Shown: in pieces, positions 36,014-44,979 of the stretch
Layout of the letters: each line of letters opens with the position of its first letter
How positions within the stretch are numbered: the stretch's first letter is position 1
DNA from: a virus
IMG/VR virus record: IMGVR_UViG_3300009105_000002
Span: 31,320-95,319 of that record
Direction: 5' to 3' (one strand)
Length of the DNA stretch: 64,000 bases
Translations under genes and position numbers: made by a program
The notes under the pieces: model-generated
The model's input: the letters and a program-made list of their open reading frames with translations, nothing else
Databases searched by the model: none
What the model was told of the DNA's origin: nothing

Positions 36014-37466
36014 CTGCGCCCTCCAAATCTGGCTCCAACACTTTTCGGGCCTTGTAATAAGGCTTATCTATGACTAAATACCTCACGGTATCTGCACCGT
36101 GGGCGTCTTTTTCTTTCGCCTGTTCGTTGGGGTTTTTATCTTGGCTTGAAGATCCCCTGTCTTCTTTATACTGGTAATTCCGCATACTCCGGATAGTTTC
36201 CGGGCAACGCCTCTTGTGGAAGTATATCTTTGGTTTATTGGTAATGTCTATTGTTCGGGAAGGATCAAACCGGAGGCGTTCTTTTACGAGCAAGTGCCCT
36301 GTTTCTCTATCATCGTTTCCGAGGAACGTGGAACAGCCATAAAGCGACAACTGTTTCTGAACGGTTATATTTACGCCGACCTTGTGAGGTTTTGCGCCAA
36401 AATTAGGATCAAGGAGCCGTTTCCGCATATTGTATCCCCGGAAATGTTCCCTCGCCTTGATTGCGGCCGCGAGTTCCATAAGATCCCCGTGTATCAGGAG
36501 TTCATCATCTACAAACAAATCCCCTATCTTATCCACGAATGCCCAAATAACATGGTGCTTGAGCCGGTCGTGCGGATCTGCCACGCACCATACCGGCGCG
36601 TCCTCAAAGCCCTTATCGGTATATTCCCACTCCTGACAATGCACGCTTGAGAAATTCTTATAAATCATGCCCCTCAAGTGGAAGAACTTGCCGTGAATGC
36701 GGCTTTCTATGTCGTCTGGATCCAACGAGAGCAGGAACTCCTCAATGGCTTCATCTGTAAGGATCTGATTGCCCTTGATATCACGCTTATTGTCATAAAT
36801 CGACGCTGTAACCATATCAATACGCTTGCCGTCCGCCTTATCGCACAACTTTTCCTTCATCCACGGCTCGATCAATGGCGTAAAAGTCAGCACTACCCGG
36901 CCCATGCGGTCGACAAGACCTCTCTGGATTGCCTTGTATTTCGCCTGATCCTGCGGTTCGTCCCCCCAGTAAAAATCCCAATCTGCTGACTCAAAGGCCA
37001 TGGTATCCATTTCATTGGTCAGGATATCAACCGTGCCCCCGTCCTTCATAATGATTTTCTGTAAGTAACCTTGAGGGGTTCGTTTCCACTTCAAAACCTT
37101 ATCTTTGGGTAGATAAGTCATTATCTTTTTCTCTATTACTCTTTCAATCACCGGGAAATTCGTAGCGACAACTACTGCCTTGATCGGGCCGTAGAACCTG
37201 CGATCCCGCGGATACCACTCCGGATATTCCCTTGTCATATGCCAAGCAAGCTCAACTGCCCCGAACACGGTCTTGCCGGAACGATTGCCCGCGCAGAATA
37301 TCTTAATCCGGGCCCTTGACCGGAACAGGCAGAACTGCTTCTCGTTCGGCATGTAATACTTAATACCGTTCTCTTTCTGCCGGCGGTCAAGCTCGCGCGT
37401 AATGGCGTCAAGCTTCACAAGTGCTTGCCGTAACTCAACTTGTGGCATTTCCAGAGTATTTTCCAT
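36006..37466 (-). CDS. Terminase large subunit
   Basis: Walker A AGNRSGKT, Walker B WGDE, TFTP coupling motif, RNase H-like domain ADPH...DP...H..D..RY. Confidence 0.9.
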   Translation of the reverse strand: MENTLEMPQVELRQALVKLDAITRELDRRQKENGIKYYMPNEKQFCLFRSRARIKIFCAGNRSGKTVFGAVELAWHMTREYPEWYPRDRRFYGPIKAVVVATNFPVIERVIEKKIMTYLPKDKVLKWKRTPQGYLQKIIMKDGGTVDILTNEMDTMAFESADWDFYWGDEPQDQAKYKAIQRGLVDRMGRVVLTFTPLIEPWMKEKLCDKADGKRIDMVTASIYDNKRDIKGNQILTDEAIEEFLLSLDPDDIESRIHGKFFHLRGMIYKNFSSVHCQEWEYTDKGFEDAPVWCVADPHDRLKHHVIWAFVDKIGDLFVDDELLIHGDLMELAAAIKAREHFRGYNMRKRLLDPNFGAKPHKVGVNITVQKQLSLYGCSTFLGNDDRETGHLLVKERLRFDPSRTIDITNKPKIYFHKRRCPETIRSMRNYQYKEDRGSSSQDKNPNEQAKEKDAHGADTVRYLVIDKPYYKARKVLEPDLEGAVV

Positions 37467-37468
37467 AC

Positions 37469-37897
37469 CTATCCTACGTATGACGGTGGTATAATCTTAA
37501 AGCACCTTGCGCAATCTCCGCAATAGCCCTTGTATTCAGGGGGGCCCGGCAACTGCAGGCAATTCTTTGTGAGACATTTAGGGGGAGCGGCCTTCTTCTT
37601 CTTTGGTTCGGCGGCAACAGTTACCGTGGTGGTAGTGGCCGCAGTGGTTGTTTCGGGCTCGGTAATTATTTTAACATCCATTTCCGGCTCTTTTCCCTTC
37701 TTCTCCTTCTTGGCTCCTCGCCTCAGTATAGACATCTTGGCCTCCTTTTTCTTCTTCTCCTTTTTGGTGTAAGTCGTTACGATTATATCACTTCTGCCAT
37801 CGCCATCTAAATCTACCCTATGGCGTTTCCGGTTGCGTGGGGGGAGTTTCTTCTTGGGGGGTTTCTTCGCTACCTTCTTTTTCGGTTTCTTCTTCAT
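37469..37897 (-). CDS. Lys-rich protein with a Thr tract and C-terminal Cys motif
   Basis: RBS AAGGAGG; internal RBS/ATG at MSILRR suggests a second start. Confidence 0.5.
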   Translation of the reverse strand: MKKKPKKKVAKKPPKKKLPPRNRKRHRVDLDGDGRSDIIVTTYTKKEKKKKEAKMSILRRGAKKEKKGKEPEMDVKIITEPETTTAATTTTVTVAAEPKKKKAAPPKCLTKNCLQLPGPPEYKGYCGDCARCFKIIPPSYVG

Positions 37898-37909
37898 TCG
37901 GGCCTCCTT

Positions 37910-38227
37910 TTAGGTTTTTAAGTAAACCCAACCAGTGCAAGACGTTACGACATTTGCTGATACACCGCTTAAAATACTCTTTATCGGCCAGTAGTTATAC
38001 GCATCTTTACCAAGATCAAGAGTGGATGAAGCGGGTTGGACATTGTGGAATATCGACCTCGCGGATCCGGACGAAGCGTTCGCGGTAAGCTGCAGCTCTG
38101 CCAACACCGCGGTAGAAATACTATACATCCCAATGCCTTCGATATTTATTGCCTTCCCGGCGTTCAACACAAACGGCCCGGAAGTCAACATATACATACC
38201 ACCTACTTTAATCGGTTCCTCAGCCAT
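37910..38227 (-). CDS. Small beta-sandwich virion-type protein
   Basis: RBS GAGGAGG; late operon. Confidence 0.5.
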   Translation of the reverse strand: MAEEPIKVGGMYMLTSGPFVLNAGKAINIEGIGMYSISTAVLAELQLTANASSGSARSIFHNVQPASSTLDLGKDAYNYWPIKSILSGVSANVVTSCTGWVYLKT

Positions 38228-38399
38228 TATTTCCTCCTCTTTCTGGTTTCACAATTCCGTTTAGTTTTCGTCTCCCGCACAAACGCGCGGTCTATAACCG
38301 CTATGGCGGCCTGCATCTCACTCCGCGCCGCTTTCAAATGCGCACCCGCCAATTCCAAGTCCTCCAATATCCTGCGGGTAAACTTTATCTTCTTCATTT

Positions 38400-38618
38400 T
38401 TATCCTTTACGCAATCTCCACTGATGTTTTGGATCTGGAACATAAACCAAACTCTCAGGGATATCTCTGCCTATCTTTGTTTGGGGATTCACCCATGCAA
38501 CCACGAGCCAACCGCCAAAAATCTTAAGTCTCGCGCAACCGGCGAATCGATCATCACATATTTCTTCCCACTTCCTTGGATATTTCTTCATCTTCTTCAT
38601 AACCCAACCATACCACAT
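38400..38618 (-). CDS. Hypothetical phage protein
   Basis: R.KIFGGWLV...YVPDP.H.W motif. Confidence 0.55.
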   Translation of the reverse strand: MWYGWVMKKMKKYPRKWEEICDDRFAGCARLKIFGGWLVVAWVNPQTKIGRDIPESLVYVPDPKHQWRLRKG

Positions 38619-38793
38619 CTTTTTTTAACAGCGTCGATACACAGGGGGGGGGAGGGGGGCCCCACACAAGCAGAACTTATTAAAGAAGTAAAAAGAACTT
38701 TATATACACATATACGTTAAGGCTGACCCATTTATTCACGAAGTGCTTCGGTATTAAATCCAACAGGGTGTATGCCCTCCGGCGTTCTCTCTT

Positions 38794-38821
38794 GGGATAT
38801 ATAATATTTGTTATGTTAACT
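38794..38821 (+). other. Internal dif-like site
   Basis: GGGATATATAA-TATTTG-TTATGTTAACT; XerD arm identical to that at 11421-11431. Confidence 0.7.
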
Positions 38822-39080
38822 ACGATCACCGCATATGGTAGTTGATAACCCTCCTCTCCACAACGCAAAACATACCACAATATCTTGTATGTTTTTTCAC
38901 TAAAAACAGCGATCCTTTGGCTTTTATAATTTCTCATCATACAATTTCGCAAACCCCTCCCCCCTCCCTTTTTCCACAAATCCACAACTCAAAAACCCCT
39001 GTAAGTATTTACACCACAAAACAAAAATGGCGACAACTGTCGCCAAACAATATCTTTTTAAAGAAAGATATATAAAAGGT

Positions 39081-39108
39081 TTTTTTTAAAAAAAACGACA
39101 GCTATATA
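39081..39108 (+). repeat. 28-bp inverted repeat, left copy
   Basis: T7A8CGACAGCTATATA is the reverse complement of 60021-60048. Confidence 0.9.
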
Positions 39109-39430
39109 AGATATAGACTGGCTTATATACTTGTGTTGTATTTGATGTTGAGTTGTCCGGCTTGTGTTTGAAGATTTTTTGTGCTTTTGGATATGTCTGG
39201 TGTTTTTGGTGCTTTTTGAGTTGCTTCTGGATTGTGCTTTGATTAATATGGCTTGATTATGGGTGTTTTGGTGCTTTTCCTGCACTTGCTTGGATTTGGC
39301 TCGTTTTTTTGCGTCAGGATCAATTCTCCTGCACTTTTTTGGCTCAAGACATAGTTGAGTATGGGAGTATTTACGCTTGAGTAATTGTGTTGTTTGAGTA
39401 TATGCGATATACGATTTTTGAAAAAATACC

Positions 39431-39459
39431 TTGACAAATAAAGGAGTTGAGTATATACT
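39431..39459 (+). promoter_or_regulatory. Sigma70 promoter TTGACA-17-TATACT with TTGAGTA boxes
   Basis: TTGACA 39431-39436, TATACT 39454-39459; ATG at the expected +1. Confidence 0.75.
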
Positions 39460-39465
39460 TATGGT

Positions 39466-39621
39466 ATGGCAAGGGTTAATTTCAACATTGACAATGACGA
39501 CTACAAAGAGCTGAAAATCTTTTCAATCCGGCAGGGCTTTGTTACCTTGACGGATCTTTTTAAATCGTGGATCAAGACAGCACTTCATCAGCAACGGGAA
39601 CAGGACAAAAACAAGAAGTAA
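39466..39621 (+). CDS. Leaderless RHH regulator (51 aa, absent from the ORF track)
   Basis: MARVNFNIDNDDYKELKIFSIRQGFVTLTDLFKSWIKTAL, ParG/CopG pattern. Confidence 0.7.
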   Translation: MARVNFNIDNDDYKELKIFSIRQGFVTLTDLFKSWIKTALHQQREQDKNKK

Positions 39622-39774
39622 TTTTTTTTGCGTGTCGTGGAGTAATTACTCAATGGATAAATTAGAAATGGAATTGATGAGATATTATTGCAAATGGTCA
39701 ACGATTATCAGCATTGTTTTGGCGATATTTTTTTTGTGTTGCGTGGTGTAACTACTCAAACGAAAGGAGGCAAA

Positions 39775-39933
39775 ATGCAGTTACTTCAACAGCCACGGCG
39801 TATCAAGGTATTGGAAACAAAAACATACCGGAAGTATGTCAGGGGATTAGTGTTGTTGACAAAGGTCAGCAAGGTTTTAGTGTCGGTTCGTGGGATCACT
39901 AAAATTGAAACGGAAGTGGATCACCTTATATAA
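39775..39933 (+). CDS. Small hypothetical protein
   Basis: RBS AAAGGAGG. Confidence 0.5.
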   Translation: MQLLQQPRRIKVLETKTYRKYVRGLVLLTKVSKVLVSVRGITKIETEVDHLI

Positions 39934-39945
39934 AGGAGGGGAATT

Positions 39946-40386
39946 GTGATTTATGAAATTGAAACGATCAAGGTGAAACTAAAAATCAGGGAGGAAACAC
40001 AGCAATCAGTCAATAGTCCGGCAGAGGTTGCCCGAGTAGCAAGAGAAATCTTCACACTCTTAGACGCAGATCAAGAGCATTTTATCCTTTTGGCGTTAGA
40101 CAGTAAAAATCAAATAAAAGGATATAAGGTAATCTCGTCAGGAGGTCAAGCGAGTGCTGATCCGGATATGAAAATTGTTTTCAGATCTGCCCTGTTTTTA
40201 GGTGCTATTTCAATAATCGTGGCACATAATCACCCGTCAGGCGATCCAGAGCCAAGCGAGGAGGATCGTCAGTTTACCAAAAAACTCAAAGAGGCAGGGG
40301 AGTTATTGACTATTAGAGTGCTGGATCATTTAATTATTGGCGATAATGACAGATGGTATAGCTTTTCAAATGAAAGGGGGTTATAA
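39946..40386 (+). CDS. RadC-like stand-alone JAB/MPN domain protein
   Basis: QEHF, AHNHPSGDPEPSEED, VLDHLIIG. Confidence 0.9.
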   Translation: MIYEIETIKVKLKIREETQQSVNSPAEVARVAREIFTLLDADQEHFILLALDSKNQIKGYKVISSGGQASADPDMKIVFRSALFLGAISIIVAHNHPSGDPEPSEEDRQFTKKLKEAGELLTIRVLDHLIIGDNDRWYSFSNERGL

Positions 40387-40387
40387 A

Positions 40388-40591
40388 ATGGAAATCACAG
40401 CAATCAAAAAAATCGTAGGCAATTACTCTATCGTTGAAACAAGGCCCATTGTATACCGCATTTGGAACACAGACGCTCAAACTTTTGAAAGGTGTAAAAC
40501 AACTGGCACGATAATTCAAGACAATAACTATGCCGCCATTGAGGACATTGTAGAAGATTTAGCGGCAATGCTTGCATCAGAAAGGAGTTAA
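40388..40591 (+). CDS. Small hypothetical protein
   Basis: ORF coupled to the JAB gene, RBS AAGGGGG. Confidence 0.45.
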   Translation: MEITAIKKIVGNYSIVETRPIVYRIWNTDAQTFERCKTTGTIIQDNNYAAIEDIVEDLAAMLASERS

Positions 40592-40925
40592 AAAATGTAT
40601 ATGATACTTTGGTGGAAAGATGATGGCAACTATTTAACACATGTTGAGAATGAAAACAAAAGCATAAAACTTTTTGATACGCTCATGGGCGCCTCCACTT
40701 ATGTCGCAGGATTTGGACTGGGCAACCCTGATAATTTAAGGGTAATCTCAATTGAGGGCGTAACTGAATAAAGGAGAGTAAATTATGATAAATATATTTA
40801 ATAATCCAGAAATTGACAACGAAAGGATATATTTTTTTAGTATCGGAAAATATTGGCTTAAACTTTACAAAAGACCCAAACGCTTACGGATATTTTGGGG
40901 TATTTTTTGATGATAAGGAGGCACA

Positions 40926-41474
40926 ATGAAAAAAAATCTCTGTAAAAACTGTTTAGGCAAATTGAGCAACTGGGCCTATAAAATCCAAAAGGTGCACAGG
41001 GAACAAAACGGAAATGTCCTTGCAAGAGTAATCACATGGCGCACAAAGAAAACTATCTATCTATGCAAGCATTGTTGGGACAACTATATTGATTTTTCAA
41101 AGGTAGTAGTGTTTTTGGTTGTCTTAACCCTATCCTCTTTGACTTCGGCCCACGCAATACCTGAAAACAAAGCAGTCAGGGCCATAATTGGTGAGGCCGC
41201 CGATCAGGGCTATCGCGGTATGCTTGCTGTGGCCTGTGCAATCCGCAATCGCGGCCATTTAAAAGGCGTTTATGGCCTTAAAGCTAAACACGTTGACAGT
41301 GAACCCGAATGGATTTGGAACATAGCCAAAATAGCTTGGCAGGAAAGCGCCTCGTGTGATATTGTCAACGGTGCGACGCATTGGGAAAACCTAACCTATG
41401 GCACGCCATATTGGGCTAAATCAATGGAAATTGCCTGCAAAATTGGCGCGCATACATTTTTCAAGGAGAACTAA
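40926..41474 (+). CDS. SleB/Hydrolase_2-like lytic transglycosylase with a TM/signal segment
   Basis: IIGEA (catalytic Glu), AVA..IRNR, GATHW, P.W, IGAHTFFK. Confidence 0.8.
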   Translation: MKKNLCKNCLGKLSNWAYKIQKVHREQNGNVLARVITWRTKKTIYLCKHCWDNYIDFSKVVVFLVVLTLSSLTSAHAIPENKAVRAIIGEAADQGYRGMLAVACAIRNRGHLKGVYGLKAKHVDSEPEWIWNIAKIAWQESASCDIVNGATHWENLTYGTPYWAKSMEIACKIGAHTFFKEN

Positions 41475-41659
41475 AATGTTTTATTGTAGAAAATGTGATG
41501 ACAATGTAGAAGTTGTTTTTGATGAGGAGTTAAACGCTTTTAGATGTAAACTATGCGGCACATTAGTTGAAGCTGTTTAGAATAGGGTTTTAAATGAGAA
41601 AGTTAATTGAGGTCATATTGGTAGCAGTATGTTTGGTATTGGTAATTTCGTTTTTCAAA

Positions 41660-42454
41660 TTACTTTTGTTTTAAACGACATACATAAATCCTACCCCTTG
41701 CAAACAACGCCGGAAACTTATCGGCTATAAACCGCCAAAAGGTGTCCGGTATTTTCTTGGCTATCTTGCCGATCCACTCTCCACGACTTTTGTGCATATC
41801 CGTTGAGATATAACTGCCTTCCTCCACGATCTTGAAATACTCGCTTATGAACCGGCGTTGTTGCCGGATCGTCGGAAAATGAACGTGCTTATAATCCTTG
41901 AACGCTTGGGCGTCGCACCCTATCCCTATCGCCATAACTATCCGGTGATAAAGGGTATTTTCATTAGGTAAACTGAAACAGATCACGCCGTCTTTCGCAA
42001 GGGATAACTGAAATGCTTTCATAATCGCCGTGGGATATAGGATATGCTCTACGATTTCCAAAGCGAAAATCAAATCGTATTTTTTATCCAAAAACTCCAA
42101 TTTATAATTAGGAAATTGGTTTAAATCTATCCTAATAATATCCTCGTGTTTTTCGAGCATATCAATGCCGGTGTAAGAACAATAGTTAGGCAAGTGATTA
42201 CGCACTTCCATAGTGTAACACCCCACATCTAAAACGTGAGGATTATGCCCTTCGTATAAACTATATGCCATAACAACAGCTCTATGAACCCTCAACCTTG
42301 AATATTTGTCGGAATTATACATATCGCCCCACGGTCTAATAGGGTTATTTTTTAACATATTATAAAGTTTTAAATGTTTCTCGTGATTTTCGTTAATGCG
42401 TCCACTTTTTTGGGGAGTATTTCCTTTCCGTTTTCGGTCTTTGGGAACGCGCAT
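41660..42454 (-). CDS. Class I SAM-dependent methyltransferase
   Basis: VLDVGC, YDLI...EIVEHI..P, G....SLPN, H.HF. Confidence 0.85.
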   Translation of the reverse strand: MRVPKDRKRKGNTPQKSGRINENHEKHLKLYNMLKNNPIRPWGDMYNSDKYSRLRVHRAVVMAYSLYEGHNPHVLDVGCYTMEVRNHLPNYCSYTGIDMLEKHEDIIRIDLNQFPNYKLEFLDKKYDLIFALEIVEHILYPTAIMKAFQLSLAKDGVICFSLPNENTLYHRIVMAIGIGCDAQAFKDYKHVHFPTIRQQRRFISEYFKIVEEGSYISTDMHKSRGEWIGKIAKKIPDTFWRFIADKFPALFARGRIYVCRLKQK

Positions 42455-42711
42455 ATGCCTCCTTACATTTTTTATTACAGAATATATCCTCTTTCAAATT
42501 GCCCTTTCGTATGAACAAGCCACAACCGGAACAAAATATATCCTCGCCGTTAGTGCTCATATCTACTTCGGCTGAATTTTTATATTCATTGTTTTATCCT
42601 GCCAATCAATAGTTATTTCTCTAAAATCACCCCACCCATCTAAAAAATTACTTACCTCTAACATAATTTCTCTCATTGCTGTTAATGGTATTTGATTTCT
42701 AATAGTTTTTT

Positions 42712-43689
42712 TCATCGCCCCGCCCTTCCCTGTTTTACATAGGTCATAAACCTATTAAAGTAATAACTGAAACGTGTGGCTCGAAAGATATATGGAAGTA
42801 TGTCCTTGTCTTTTTTAAGGCGTATAAAGCGATTTATATGTGACTTTTTCCAAAGTATTAAAGGAAAGTGCCTAAAAATATAATAAAGCCCTTGGAAAGT
42901 AAAGCCGGCTTTAATAAATTCGCCCTTTAAAACGAAGATAAAGGCCACCATTGTCCATACCAACAGGTGTTTTGGGAGGATCCACGCCAAGTTATGCCAC
43001 TCCAAATTCTTGATCAACATAGTAATATAGTTTTTACAACCGTGATAATGGATCGTGTGTTGCGAGTAGTATTGTTTCTTATCTTTTAAAGGCGTGTTGA
43101 AAGCGTGGTAAGCAATGGCTTTCGGCGCAAACCTAACCTCACGACCTAACAGCCATACCCTCCACGATAGGTCAGTTTCCTCGCCGAACATAAAGAAGTC
43201 GCTATCAAATCCTCCTACTTTTACAAATGTGTTACGCATAATCATGCAGGAGGCAGACTTCCCAGCGAGGATCCGCTTCTTATAATCAAATTGCCCTCTA
43301 TCCTCCACATTACCGGAACGCTCTATCAGAAATCCCCACGATCCGAGATAACTACCGGCGTCGTCAAACTTATTTGTGCCCATCGTGATAATCTTGGAAT
43401 AAACCATTACCGTATCCATATTGATAGCCAACCACATCTGTTTTAAACACTCCTTGTCCACTTCGGTATCATCATCAAAGAACGCGAGGTATTCGCCGGT
43501 AGCAAAGCACGCGCCTAAATTACGCTTAAACGCCGGCCCTCCGTGGTCGTGGATAACGCTGCACCCCTCAATGTGCAGATTTTCGTCGCTGACAATAATA
43601 ATCTCATATTCAACGCCGACAGATTTCCTAATACTCTTGACGCACTTATAGATAAAGTCGCCGGTGTGATGGCAGATGATACAACTTAT
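42712..43689 (-). CDS. GT2 glycosyltransferase (WbbL/rhamnosyltransferase-like) with an ATA start
   Basis: Frame stays open upstream of the called GTG: ISCIIC...RNLGA...GEYLAFFDDD; C-terminal VGGFD..FF..EETDLSWR. Confidence 0.8.
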   Translation of the reverse strand: MSCIICHHTGDFIYKCVKSIRKSVGVEYEIIIVSDENLHIEGCSVIHDHGGPAFKRNLGACFATGEYLAFFDDDTEVDKECLKQMWLAINMDTVMVYSKIITMGTNKFDDAGSYLGSWGFLIERSGNVEDRGQFDYKKRILAGKSASCMIMRNTFVKVGGFDSDFFMFGEETDLSWRVWLLGREVRFAPKAIAYHAFNTPLKDKKQYYSQHTIHYHGCKNYITMLIKNLEWHNLAWILPKHLLVWTMVAFIFVLKGEFIKAGFTFQGLYYIFRHFPLILWKKSHINRFIRLKKDKDILPYIFRATRFSYYFNRFMTYVKQGRAGR

Positions 43690-44081
43690 GATGTTGACCT
43701 CGCTTTCTTATGCGGACATATCCCATATCTCGCTTTCGCTAAATTACAGTTATTGCATAATACTTGATAACCCTTTGGATAATTATTCCTTTTTAACCAC
43801 GGATAAAATTCACTTGGAGGAACTACTTTTCTATGTTCTTTTCCGTCATTGTTTATGTGATCCATTGCCAAAAATTCAATTTGATGTTCTCCGCAACAGG
43901 CGCATGCTTCCCCATAAGCAGATATAACTTCCTCTCTTAATTTATGACGCCTTATTTTATCCATTTTTCTATGATGATCTCGAAGTTTTGCTACATATTT
44001 ATTTCGCCACTTTCGTTTCGCCTTAATGTTTTTATGATAATAATATCTTTGACGCACATTTTCTTCCTTTTTCGTTCTCAT
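43686..44081 (-). CDS. HNH endonuclease
   Basis: CACCG...DHI..DG..H...LC.NCN..K. Confidence 0.85.
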   Translation of the reverse strand: MRTKKEENVRQRYYYHKNIKAKRKWRNKYVAKLRDHHRKMDKIRRHKLREEVISAYGEACACCGEHQIEFLAMDHINNDGKEHRKVVPPSEFYPWLKRNNYPKGYQVLCNNCNLAKARYGICPHKKARSTS

Positions 44082-44470
44082 AAAACCAACGCCAAAATTG
44101 CCTGAAGTTTAGCCGGTGAAACCTCTACGCCTAACCTCTGTATCATATCAATATCCTTCTGCCTGTTATCAGGATCTAAACCTCCGCCTGTGCCTATCTT
44201 AATTATTCTGCGACCGGCTTCCGTCATAAAAACGATTATGCCTATCGGTCTGCCTTGATTGCCCTCTGTGAACCATTGCTGATGCAAGACTTTCATATAT
44301 CCTCCTTGTGATTTCCACCATACCCAATTAGATAGCCGTTCCCATACGCTTAATCCCTCCCAATCAAGCCAATCTATATAAAGGTGTCCGCACCGACGAC
44401 ATTGCGTAGGCCCCGATTTACCTACCCACCTATGCCCACATTTTTGACATTTATATTTGGCTAACGGCAT
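44078..44470 (-). CDS. Zinc-ribbon hypothetical protein
   Basis: CQKCGH.W...C..CG; internal RBS suggests possibly two genes. Confidence 0.45.
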   Translation of the reverse strand: MPLAKYKCQKCGHRWVGKSGPTQCRRCGHLYIDWLDWEGLSVWERLSNWVWWKSQGGYMKVLHQQWFTEGNQGRPIGIIVFMTEAGRRIIKIGTGGGLDPDNRQKDIDMIQRLGVEVSPAKLQAILALVL

Positions 44471-44979
44471 ATTGATAAAATAACTTCTTGGCCTCTTTAT
44501 CTTTTCTTTGCTTTACAAGAATAACCCATTTCTTATACCATTTATCAGGCATAACAAAACTCATCATACCAAAATATGCGCCGTGTTTTTTCATACCCTT
44601 TTTCATTTGAGACATACTCATTACTCCGCCACATATACTACTGCCCATAAGCCCTCCTTACTCGTAGCCGACATTATAAATTTTCTTGATATAAGGGATA
44701 TGGTCGGTCTTTCTTTTATCGACGGGTTGTAGCTGTGCAAGGGGAGTGTCTGCATTTTTCTCCTTCTTGGTGACCAACGAATAGTCGTTGCCTAAGCACT
44801 CTTTCGAGTCGCCCACACTAACCATTTTTAAACCATACCCCCCGGATTATTTTTCCTTATAATTTTATCCACGCACACTCCAACAGGAATAGATAGCACT
44901 ATTAAAAGCATAGCCAACAACAGTTGACCACGCAATATACATATCGTTCCTACGCCCATTAAAACAATCAATAATATTT

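Noticed and set aside
38680-39437. ORF-track calls in the central intergenic region
   Set aside because: Low-complexity translations that reflect strand skew; they overlap the dif-like site and repeats
43686-44081. HNH as an intron-encoded endonuclease
   Set aside because: Flanking genes are separate and intact with 4-bp overlaps; no room for an intron core
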